Part shown: piece by piece, positions 39,491-48,373 of the stretch | Layout: each line of letters starts with the position of its first letter | Numbering within the stretch: the stretch's first letter is position 1 | Assembly (NCBI GenBank): GCA_043820105.1 | Contig: JBDREC010000041.1 | Location: 1-64,000, forward strand | Direction: 5' to 3' | Length of the DNA stretch: 64,000 nucleotides | Source of the DNA: Pseudomonadota bacterium | GTDB taxonomy: Bacteria > Bdellovibrionota_F > JAHFAK01 > JBDREC01 | Translations under genes and position numbers: made by a program | Notes under the pieces: generated by a model | Database searches by the model: none | Seen by the model: only the letters and a program-made list of their open reading frames with translations | Told to the model about the DNA's origin: nothing

Positions 39491-41875
39491 CTATTCCTGC
39501 AAGGAAAGATACCCGTAAAATGCATCAGAGCAATAATCCTCATGCTCACTCCCTGAATACCAATAATAAACATAAAAATACTGACCATCATAGCTGTAGG
39601 TATTATCGCTACTTCCAACAGTATGGAATTCAGCGTAATTTCTTGAAACATAAGCTGTAACTGAAGGATTATCGTCCCAACCATCTGGATAATAATACCC
39701 ATAGCTTCCTGAGAGAGTGTATGGTTCTCCATTAATTGTAACCACCAAAGTATCTGAACCTGGATCATAAGTTAAACTAGTCTCCCAAGCGATTTCTTCT
39801 TCTGTATCAACACAGGAACTAGAATAATAGCCTAGTCCACAGAAATCATTATAAATATTGCCACTATAAGTTCCAGTTGAGGTATCATCTTCGCCCTCAT
39901 CATCACCAACATATAAATCCCTCCAGCCATATGCACTGGCATAATCAGAAGAATCATTGCAGTATGTGTAAAGATTTATTGATTGATATCCAGAGTGTGC
40001 GTAAAAAGAAACCTCATATACAATACCATTTCCATCATTACCTGAGAGCCATACATTGAAATCAGTATCATTTGCATAAATGTATGAAGCATCTAAATCC
40101 CAGAAAGAGTCAGAGTCAGTGATTGTAGATAGAAGGTCTTGGCCATCATACAAATAGAGATTTAAACTTCCATCTACAAAATCAAGTTCAATATTGTCAA
40201 CCGCGGACAATGTCCATGGATCACAGACATTATCAGATTCTGGATAAGTATAAGTAGAAACATTCATTCCTGAAAAAGTTGCCGGAAAAGTAAGAAAATC
40301 TGAGTACGTATCTAGTTCAGGAACTGTATAAGACAGATCTGAATCACCATATCCCGAAGAATAATAATCATAAGTATTATTAGTAAAATATAGTGACAAG
40401 TAACAATCACCTGCTGCAAAAGTATATCCCCAATCACCTTCTGGTTGAATATAAATATATCCATCAGTTACCCATTTACCTGTTTCACCTTGAATCCAGG
40501 ATGTGGTATACCATTGTGAATAATAATTTGTTCCAGAAATTGAATTAAAATCTGAGTAACAATAAACATAGCCACTTGATTCTTCGCAATCAGCTGTTAA
40601 AGAATCAAGATCACCATAGGATAAAGTTGCTGTTAATGTCTCAGCGTCATAAGCAAAATCAAGGTTTGCATTAGGACCTGTTAGTGGAAAATTAAGCCCC
40701 ATTGTACTAATAACGCTAGAAACATCATCTGACTCATCTCCATAACCCTCGCTCGCATCATAGCAATATCCCCACATATCATTTTCTGAAACTGCGAATT
40801 GCCTTGAAATATCTTCATCGCCTACTCCAACTAAATCTGCATATTCAAGTTCAGTATCTCCTGTCTTTTCTAATTCTATTTGAGCGTTCCACTCATAATC
40901 TGAATAATCATCTCTTCCAGTTGTTATTTCAGTACAACCATCACCATCTAAAAAAGCTGCCATTCTAATCCAACCCTCACCAGTATAAGCAGAGGAATCC
41001 ATAACTACATTTAAAATAGTTTCATTATAGAAAGTACAATTAGGGATTGGAATAGGGACATTATCAGCACAATGGATCTCACCTTCATATTCTCCAGCAT
41101 CTGTGGATCCAAACCAATAAACATTACAGCTTAACTGTTCACCATCACCAGGAACGATAATTAATTCATTTGAATCAGTATTGTGATAAAACATTACTTC
41201 ACTTTCTTCATCAATGCCAGTACCTTCTTCATCAACAACAAGATCCTCGGATTTAGAGGCCATATATTTGAGGTAGGAACTGGAATCATCAGTAACAGTA
41301 ACAGTCCATTGCCCGGTTAAATCAAAGACAATACTTGAATCAGTTGTTACTGTACCAGCCAATACACCAGGATTATCTACTAAATAAAAATTCCCTGTAG
41401 AAGAATCATATCCAATTGTTCCTAAATCAAGCTCAGTACATGCAAAAGTTGTATGTCCCCCATCTGATAAGGAAACATCAATTTCAACTGTCCCATCTGT
41501 ATATTTTTTACCTATAATTATTTGATAATTATAACCCTCAGTACAGGAAAGCTCTAAATTTTTTCCGCTTGAAAGATCATCCGTACTTATTATATCAATT
41601 GAAATTCCATTAAGGCTTCCTGAAAGTAAAAGCTCCCAGGAAATCATGATAAAGCCGTAGGATTCAACAGTTTTTGTAGCTTTACCAATAGTGACTTGCT
41701 TATAAACTCCAGGAATTGCAGCAGGAATTGCAGCAGCAACAACTCCAGCAGAAGCAAAAGTGTCAGAGGACACATAACCAGTCATTGTTTTTTCGCTTCC
41801 ACCAAGGCCTAAAAAGCCGCAGCCTGAGACCATAATTGCCATGATTGAAATAAAAATTAAAATAAACTTTTTCAT
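39491..41875 (-). CDS. Large acidic D/S/Y/T-rich surface lipoprotein of unknown function
   Basis: GGAGG RBS; lipobox VSGC; beta-rich sequence with spaced Cys pairs. Confidence 0.75.
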   Translation of the reverse strand: MKKFILIFISIMAIMVSGCGFLGLGGSEKTMTGYVSSDTFASAGVVAAAIPAAIPGVYKQVTIGKATKTVESYGFIMISWELLLSGSLNGISIDIISTDDLSSGKNLELSCTEGYNYQIIIGKKYTDGTVEIDVSLSDGGHTTFACTELDLGTIGYDSSTGNFYLVDNPGVLAGTVTTDSSIVFDLTGQWTVTVTDDSSSYLKYMASKSEDLVVDEEGTGIDEESEVMFYHNTDSNELIIVPGDGEQLSCNVYWFGSTDAGEYEGEIHCADNVPIPIPNCTFYNETILNVVMDSSAYTGEGWIRMAAFLDGDGCTEITTGRDDYSDYEWNAQIELEKTGDTELEYADLVGVGDEDISRQFAVSENDMWGYCYDASEGYGDESDDVSSVISTMGLNFPLTGPNANLDFAYDAETLTATLSYGDLDSLTADCEESSGYVYCYSDFNSISGTNYYSQWYTTSWIQGETGKWVTDGYIYIQPEGDWGYTFAAGDCYLSLYFTNNTYDYYSSGYGDSDLSYTVPELDTYSDFLTFPATFSGMNVSTYTYPESDNVCDPWTLSAVDNIELDFVDGSLNLYLYDGQDLLSTITDSDSFWDLDASYIYANDTDFNVWLSGNDGNGIVYEVSFYAHSGYQSINLYTYCNDSSDYASAYGWRDLYVGDDEGEDDTSTGTYSGNIYNDFCGLGYYSSSCVDTEEEIAWETSLTYDPGSDTLVVTINGEPYTLSGSYGYYYPDGWDDNPSVTAYVSRNYAEFHTVGSSDNTYSYDGQYFYVYYWYSGSEHEDYCSDAFYGYLSLQE

Positions 41876-42028
41876 GTGATCCTCCGAATATTAAAAAGAC
41901 AGATGAAATTTAGTTGAATTGACATGCTTTTGCAAACTTATTTTTCATTAATTATTTACTGGAAATTATTCAGGCGATAAGTTATAAGCTTTAAACTTTA
42001 TACAATAGACAATAATTGGGAGAAAAAA

Positions 42029-42919
42029 ATGACAAAGAAATTCACTGGAACAACTACTGCATTAGTTACGCCTTTTAATGATGATTTAAGCATTGATAAT
42101 GAAAGTCTTAAAAAGCTTATTGAATACCAGATAAATGGGAATATATCTAATATTTTACTATCAGGAACTACTGGTGAAGGAGTTACTTTAGAAACAGAGG
42201 AACTTGTAGATTTAATAAAAACAAGCAAGGAAGTAATAAAAGATAGAGTTCCAGTCATTGTAGGCTCAGGATCAAATTCCACTTCAAAAACAATTTCTAA
42301 TTCTAAAATCGCCAATGAAGCAGGAGCTGATGCCCTACTAGTTGTTGGTCCCTATTATAATAAACCAACCCAAAATGGCTATTATGAACATTTTAAAGCT
42401 TGTGCTTCTGAAGTTAATATTCCTATCATTATATATAATGTGCCATCAAGAACTGGCGGCAATATTGACCCAGCAACAATTATTAAATTATCGGAAATTG
42501 ACAACATAGTTGGAGTAAAAGAAGCATCAGGAAATCTCAATCAAATGATGGAAATAAAAAAATATACGAATGAGGATTTTATAATTTTATCTGGAGAAGA
42601 TTCTTTAACTTTTCCTATGCTAACCTTAGGAGGCGATGGTGTAATCTCAGTTGTCTCTAATCAAATTCCAGAACAATTTTCTAATATGGTAAGTAAGGCC
42701 TTAACTGGAAACCTTGAAATCGCCTCCCAAATTCATTATAAATATTTAGAATTAATGAAAATTAATTTTGTAGAAAGCAATCCTATTCCAGTGAAATATG
42801 CGCTTTATAAAATGGGCCTCTGTAAAGAAAATTATAGGCTTCCTCTGGTTAAATTACAAAAGGTAAATAAGGAAAAAGTAGATAATTGCCTAAAGGAACT
42901 TGAATTAATCTTAGATTGA
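42029..42919 (+). CDS. dapA: 4-hydroxy-tetrahydrodipicolinate synthase
   Basis: TALVTPF, GTTGE, PYYNKP, YNVPSRTG, GVKEASG, NPIPVK. Confidence 0.96.
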   Translation: MTKKFTGTTTALVTPFNDDLSIDNESLKKLIEYQINGNISNILLSGTTGEGVTLETEELVDLIKTSKEVIKDRVPVIVGSGSNSTSKTISNSKIANEAGADALLVVGPYYNKPTQNGYYEHFKACASEVNIPIIIYNVPSRTGGNIDPATIIKLSEIDNIVGVKEASGNLNQMMEIKKYTNEDFIILSGEDSLTFPMLTLGGDGVISVVSNQIPEQFSNMVSKALTGNLEIASQIHYKYLELMKINFVESNPIPVKYALYKMGLCKENYRLPLVKLQKVNKEKVDNCLKELELILD

Positions 42920-42933
42920 AAATTGAAAATTAA

Positions 42934-43707
42934 TTATTGATTATTGATTATTCCTTCATATACCAATTCCGCCTTCCCATGCATAACAATCATATCATCT
43001 TCAATAGAAATCTTAGAACTATTATTTTCAAAATGGATTGTAATTTCATCTCCAATCAATTCTAAGTGATGAGCAATGATAAAAGACGAGGCAGCTCCTG
43101 AAACACAAGACAAAGTCAAACCCACTCCTCTTTCCCAGGTTTTTATTTCTATATTATCCTGGTCAATGATATGTACAAAATTAATATTTATTCCATCTAA
43201 GAAACAAGCTTCACAGGCATATCTTTCCATAATTGATAAGAGTTTATCATTAGGAGGAAGTCTGCCAAAAAACACAGCGTGTGGGTTTCCTATGGCTTTT
43301 GTAAAATAGCCTTTATCACCACCTATTATTATTTCTCTATAGCTTGAATTAATTGGAGCTAAAAAAGCTTTTTGAGTTAAACCACAGAGAATCTTTCTCT
43401 CCCCGGCTTTAGTCACTATCTTAACATCAGCCTGAATAGAATATTTTTCATAAAGATATCTTCCAATAGAAAGCAAAGCATTGCCGCAGATTTCAGCTTC
43501 AGAACCATCATTATTAAAATATTTCATTTCAAAACTATTATCATCAATCTTATCAAGAATAATAAGACCATCTGCACCAATAGAGAACTGTCTTTGGCAG
43601 AGTTTTTTACTTAACAAAGAAAAATCTAAATCTCCAAGCTCATCGCAGTTAAAAAGAATAAAATCATTACCATTTGATTGAAGTTTAAAAAAAAACAATT
43701 GCTTCAT
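42934..43707 (-). CDS. dapF: Diaminopimelate epimerase
   Basis: GNDF, IGADGLI, NDGSEAEICGNA, GNPH, WERGVGLTLSC. Confidence 0.92.
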   Translation of the reverse strand: MKQLFFFKLQSNGNDFILFNCDELGDLDFSLLSKKLCQRQFSIGADGLIILDKIDDNSFEMKYFNNDGSEAEICGNALLSIGRYLYEKYSIQADVKIVTKAGERKILCGLTQKAFLAPINSSYREIIIGGDKGYFTKAIGNPHAVFFGRLPPNDKLLSIMERYACEACFLDGININFVHIIDQDNIEIKTWERGVGLTLSCVSGAASSFIIAHHLELIGDEITIHFENNSSKISIEDDMIVMHGKAELVYEGIINNQ

Positions 43708-44522
43708 TTTCTTAAGACCTCTGATAAAGACGTTTTCGCGTCTGTTTTATTATCTCTGGTTTTAATAATAACTGGAGAATACAAATCAACTGATCCAATT
43801 TTTTCATTATCCTTATAAATATCTTTTGACCTTGAGCCTGGAAGCAGTACTGAGTTTTCTGGTACTTCTCCAATGTATATTTTACCGAAGTTTTCTGGAC
43901 GAGCGTCAAAGATTTTGGTTGAAGCGCCAATAAAAACTCCCATAGAAATAACAGAACCTTGTCTTACAATAACACCTTCAGCGATTTCTGACCTAGCTCC
44001 AATAAATACATTATCTTCAATAATAACAGGTCTTGCGCCAATAGGCTCTAACACTCCACCAATACCAACACCACCAGATATATGGCAATTTTTACCAATC
44101 TGTGCACAACTTCCAATAGTTGACCATGTATCAACCATTGTACCTGCTCCAACATATGCACCAATATTAACATAAGATGGCATTAAAACAACATTAGCTT
44201 CAATGAAAGCTCCATATCTGACGATGGCTTGAGGCACTACTCTTACATTCTTGTCTTTTAAGTCAGTTTTTACAGGCACTTTGTCAAAGTAATGAAAGTC
44301 TCCTGCCTTAAACTCTCGGGATTTAGTTATTGCAAAAAATGCTAAAATGGCCTTTTGAGCTAGCACATCAATTTCGTAATCACCATTTTCCTTTTTATTA
44401 GCTATCTTTCTTTTTCCACAATTAAGTTCATCTAAAATGCATGAAACTTCATTTTTAAATTCAGTGGATTCTTTAATTTCATTTGGAATATTTAATATAT
44501 CTTCTATTTTTTTAAGAAGCAT
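43704..44522 (-). CDS. dapD: Tetrahydrodipicolinate N-succinyltransferase
   Basis: DKVP, RVVP, SYVNIGAYV, TMVDTW, GSCAQIG, GIGGVLEP. Confidence 0.95.
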   Translation of the reverse strand: MLLKKIEDILNIPNEIKESTEFKNEVSCILDELNCGKRKIANKKENGDYEIDVLAQKAILAFFAITKSREFKAGDFHYFDKVPVKTDLKDKNVRVVPQAIVRYGAFIEANVVLMPSYVNIGAYVGAGTMVDTWSTIGSCAQIGKNCHISGGVGIGGVLEPIGARPVIIEDNVFIGARSEIAEGVIVRQGSVISMGVFIGASTKIFDARPENFGKIYIGEVPENSVLLPGSRSKDIYKDNEKIGSVDLYSPVIIKTRDNKTDAKTSLSEVLRK

Positions 44523-44539
44523 AAAGCTTTTTTCCTTAT

Positions 44540-44833
44540 TTATAACTTGGAATAAAAAATTCTTGTTCTTTTGTTTTTTTCTCTACATTTTGAACAAAGT
44601 CGATCACTTATTTCATTTGTAAATATTTTTTCATCACATTTCAAGCAATTAAAAGAGTATTTATAAAGGTCAGCCTGAACATGTTCCTTATCATCTGTAT
44701 CTGAAAAAGAAACATAACAATCATCGTCTGAACAGGTACCTGTAACACTTTCCCTGTAAGTTAAAGGTATAAAGATCTTTCCGCATTTTTTGCAAATCAG
44801 CCTGGCAATTTTAGGAGATTGATTTAAAGACAC
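44540..44833 (-). CDS. Small zinc-finger-like hypothetical protein
   Basis: CKKC, CSDDDC, CLKC, CSKC; co-oriented and tightly packed with its neighbours. Confidence 0.6.
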   Translation of the reverse strand: MSLNQSPKIARLICKKCGKIFIPLTYRESVTGTCSDDDCYVSFSDTDDKEHVQADLYKYSFNCLKCDEKIFTNEISDRLCSKCREKNKRTRIFYSKL

Positions 44834-44837
44834 TTTA

Positions 44838-46133
44838 CTAAAAAATCCTTTCTAAAAAATATTTATTAAGTTCAGCATATCTTTTCTTTGAACCAACTAA
44901 GGTAAAATACATTTTATCAGGATTTAATATTTGTTTGGCAACCTCATTTACTGAATCAATGGTTGCTGAATTAATAATATCAATTCTATCCTTAAATGAG
45001 CAAGCTTGAAAATATAGTTCTTTTTCTCCAAACCATCTTGTCATAAGGTTAATATCATCCATTCCCATTTCAATATCAAAATTATATTTTCTTTTTGCAA
45101 ATTCAAATTCTTCTTTTTTAACACCCTTTGTAACGATATCAGAAAGCAGTTCCATAACACTTTCATAAATCGCAATTATGTTATCATGGGATACAGTAAC
45201 AAATATATCGAAAATACCAGTGCTATAATAATTCTCAATACTAGCATCTACATCATAAGCAAGGCCCAAATCACCACAAATTTTTGAATATAATCTTGAT
45301 GACATGCCACCATCAAGAATTTTCCACAAAAGAACATAGGGAATAAAAAATTCATCATTATTTTTTATTCCTAAAAATGAAAACATGGCCATAGATTGAC
45401 TCATATTTGAAGTACTATAATGAAAGCGTTGTTTTGCACCAGATTTTACAATTTCAGGATAGATATTTTTTGTGCCAATTTCTAGATCTGCAAATAACAT
45501 TTTGATATATTCAACATCAGAAGGATCGTAGTTACCTGCTATTGAGACTACCATGTTCTCAATTGATATATTTTTTTTATGCCAAGCTTCAATCTGAGAA
45601 CTTGTTATTGATTCAATTGAACTCTTTGTCCCAAGAATGGGTCTTGCCAATGGATTTTCCGCGCCAAAAATTAATGTCCTTGAAAGCTGGTCAATATCAA
45701 TTGTTTCACCATCATCATTTACTGTATCTAAGTATTCTTCAAGTATGATAGTTCTTTCAGAATCAATATTCATAAATTGAGAATTTTTTAGAATATCAAA
45801 AAGCACATCTAGGCCTTTTTTAATATACTTGGGGTGTGAATTGTAGAAAAACTCAACATGCTCTCTTGACGTTGATGCTTCTAAAGTTCCACCATAGTTC
45901 TCAACTTCTCTCATTAGAGAGGTTAAGCAGGGATATTTTTTAGTTCCTCGAAACATCATGTGTTCAAGAAAATGAGATATTCCAGAAAGCTCAAGTGGTT
46001 CAAAAACTGGGCCTGTTCTAATGAAAATTCCAATTTCAGCTGAATGCATATGAGGCATAGAAATCTCTAAAATCCTTAAACCCTTATCTGTTTTATAAAT
46101 TGTATGTTCTATTAAATTCATGTATTCTTTCAA
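44838..46133 (-). CDS. M16 (pitrilysin-family) zinc peptidase
   Basis: GISHFLEHMMFRGT (HxxEH); ILDGGMSSRL..GLAY. Confidence 0.92.
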   Translation of the reverse strand: MKEYMNLIEHTIYKTDKGLRILEISMPHMHSAEIGIFIRTGPVFEPLELSGISHFLEHMMFRGTKKYPCLTSLMREVENYGGTLEASTSREHVEFFYNSHPKYIKKGLDVLFDILKNSQFMNIDSERTIILEEYLDTVNDDGETIDIDQLSRTLIFGAENPLARPILGTKSSIESITSSQIEAWHKKNISIENMVVSIAGNYDPSDVEYIKMLFADLEIGTKNIYPEIVKSGAKQRFHYSTSNMSQSMAMFSFLGIKNNDEFFIPYVLLWKILDGGMSSRLYSKICGDLGLAYDVDASIENYYSTGIFDIFVTVSHDNIIAIYESVMELLSDIVTKGVKKEEFEFAKRKYNFDIEMGMDDINLMTRWFGEKELYFQACSFKDRIDIINSATIDSVNEVAKQILNPDKMYFTLVGSKKRYAELNKYFLERIF

Positions 46134-46225
46134 AAAATTAAATGATGAGGAAAAGCTTAATAGATTAGGGGATAAATAAAGTCAAGTGAAGCGTGAAAAG
46201 TGAAATGGGAAAATTCAGGGAATAA

Positions 46226-46786
46226 TTATTGAATATCTTGTCTTACTATTTCGTATACTTCTTCTGTAACATATAAAACACAGAAGGTTCTTCCGTTTTC
46301 TTTTACTCTGACTATTTTTCCGGAACTATCAACGATAACTTCAGCACCGCTTTTCTCGGCTCTTTGAATTAAAGATGCATAAAATTCAGGATCTTTAGTA
46401 TAAATTGAATCTACTCCATCTTTAGATGCTACATGATAGCTATCACCATATCTCATGTTATCTAAGATATTTTGAAGCACTTGAGAACCTGCACCAATTG
46501 CTGAGATCATTAAAGCTGTTTTTCTTTGCGGTTCATTTAAAAGTGTTTGCCAATATTGCATAAACAAAGCATCTTTCTGTTGCTTTCTCATCATTTCCAT
46601 TTCCATTCTTTTTCTTCTCTGTTGCTCAGCCATTTGTTGCCTGAGCATTTTCTCCTTTTGAGAAGCAATTTGGACGCCATATTGATTAGCATGACTTGAT
46701 CTTTTTTTGCCGGAATCACAAGCAACAATAAGAAAAACCATACTTAATGTTAAAATTCCAATTAAAAGATTCTTTAAAATCTTCAT
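46226..46786 (-). CDS. Hypothetical lipoprotein
   Basis: GGAGG RBS; lipobox IVAC; Q/M/R-rich helix. Confidence 0.7.
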   Translation of the reverse strand: MKILKNLLIGILTLSMVFLIVACDSGKKRSSHANQYGVQIASQKEKMLRQQMAEQQRRKRMEMEMMRKQQKDALFMQYWQTLLNEPQRKTALMISAIGAGSQVLQNILDNMRYGDSYHVASKDGVDSIYTKDPEFYASLIQRAEKSGAEVIVDSSGKIVRVKENGRTFCVLYVTEEVYEIVRQDIQ

Positions 46787-46844
46787 TCTCGCCTCCGTTT
46801 TAGCCTTTTAATAGGCTATTAGTTTTAAATTCACTATATTATTA

Positions 46845-46861
46845 AGCAAATACTGTGCCAA
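46845..46861 (-). promoter_or_regulatory. Sigma-54 promoter
   Basis: Minus strand TTGGCACAGTATTTGCT, a near-perfect consensus. Confidence 0.8.
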
Positions 46862-47086
46862 GGTGTGCAATTGAGCTAAGATATTTAAATATTTTGACTA
46901 ATTGGGCTTTCAGCTCTCGGCTATCAGTTATCAGCATAAAATTTTGCCGATATTTAGGCGGAAATCGCTGAAGATATATCATCAATTTGATTTGATTTTT
47001 TGTTTTAATATTTCTATTAATCAGCAGAATAAAATTCTAACTTTAGGTATTTGTTAAAGTGTTTAGCTAAAAAGTCAAAGTTAGGA

Positions 47087-47126
47087 ACTTACAACTTACA
47101 GCTTACCACTTACCACTTACCACTTA
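47087..47126 (+). repeat. ACTTACC/ACTTACA heptamer repeat
   Basis: Directly upstream of the GGAGG RBS of the gene at 47144. Confidence 0.88.
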
Positions 47127-47143
47127 TTAACTGGAGGTTTTTA

Positions 47144-48274
47144 ATGTCTAACTATAAAATTGCATGGCTTCCTGGTGACGGGGTAGGCAATGATGTTATG
47201 GAAGCAACTAAAATTGTTTTAGCAAGTTTGCCATTTTCAGCTGATTATGTTCATGGTGACATAGGATGGGATTTTTGGTGCAAAGAGGGAGATCCGCTTC
47301 CAGCCAGAACAATAGAAGTATTAAAAAATACTGATTGTGCTTTATTTGGAGCAATAACTTCAAAGCCTAAAGACGAAGCAGCCCTTGAACTGGATCCATC
47401 GCTTCAAAACAAGGGTTTAAGTTATTTTAGCCCAATAGTTAGATTAAGACAGGAATTTAATCTTCACACTAACTTAAGACCTTGTAAAGCATATAAAGGA
47501 AATCCGCTGAATTATAAAGATGATATTGACCTGGTGGTTTTCAGAGAAAACACTGAGGGGCTTTATTCAGGCATAGAATTTAGACCTGTTCCTGAAAAAC
47601 TATTTGCTTTATTAAAAGAACTGCATCCAAAAATGAAAAAATTTGAAAATGTTCCTCTTGATGAAATGGCGATATCATCCAGAATTATGACAAAAGCAAA
47701 ATGTGAAAACATTGTAAATCAAGGTTTTAAATATGCACAGAAACATGAATACTCACATGTTACAGTTGTTGAAAAACCAAATGTATTAAGAGAAACTGGT
47801 GGTCTGATGATGGAATCAGCCAGGAATGTAGCTAAGAATTATGAGGGAATTGATCTTTGGGATGCAAACATAGATGCAATGTGCATGTGGCTAATTAAAA
47901 ACCCTGAGAACTACGGAATATTGGTAGCTGAAAATATGTTTGGAGATATCATATCAGACCTATCAGCCCAACTCGTTGGTGGCCTTGGCTTTGCTTCAAG
48001 TGGAAATATTGGTGACAATTACGCTGTCTTTGAACCAACACATGGCTCTGCTCCTAAATACGCAGGCCAATTTAAAGTAAATCCAATTGCAATGTTCCTT
48101 GCTACAAAACTCATGTTTGATTGGCTGGATGAAAAAAAGTGTTCAGAGCTTTTGGAAAACGCAATCGCTGAAGTTATAGCTGAAGGTAAAGTTAAGACTT
48201 ATGACATGAAAGGCACTAATACCAGTATTGAGGTAGCTCAAGCTGTAGCTGATAAAATAAAACTAAATTCATAA
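47144..48274 (+). CDS. Isocitrate/isopropylmalate (beta-decarboxylating) dehydrogenase family; substrate uncertain
   Basis: LPGDGVG, LFGAITS, NLRP, FRENTEG, NMFGDIISD, FEPTHGSAP; start revised to 47144. Confidence 0.9.
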   Translation: MSNYKIAWLPGDGVGNDVMEATKIVLASLPFSADYVHGDIGWDFWCKEGDPLPARTIEVLKNTDCALFGAITSKPKDEAALELDPSLQNKGLSYFSPIVRLRQEFNLHTNLRPCKAYKGNPLNYKDDIDLVVFRENTEGLYSGIEFRPVPEKLFALLKELHPKMKKFENVPLDEMAISSRIMTKAKCENIVNQGFKYAQKHEYSHVTVVEKPNVLRETGGLMMESARNVAKNYEGIDLWDANIDAMCMWLIKNPENYGILVAENMFGDIISDLSAQLVGGLGFASSGNIGDNYAVFEPTHGSAPKYAGQFKVNPIAMFLATKLMFDWLDEKKCSELLENAIAEVIAEGKVKTYDMKGTNTSIEVAQAVADKIKLNS

Positions 48275-48373
48275 CTTAAACAACAACAATCCAAATTAGA
48301 AAGCCCAAATACAAAATCCTTTTCACTCCTGGTACTCTGGTGCACTGGCGCACTGGTGACCTAGAGATTACTC

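Noticed and set aside
47144-48274. Specific call as leuB, icd or homoisocitrate dehydrogenase
   Set aside because: Family is clear, but substrate cannot be fixed by eye and there is no pathway context
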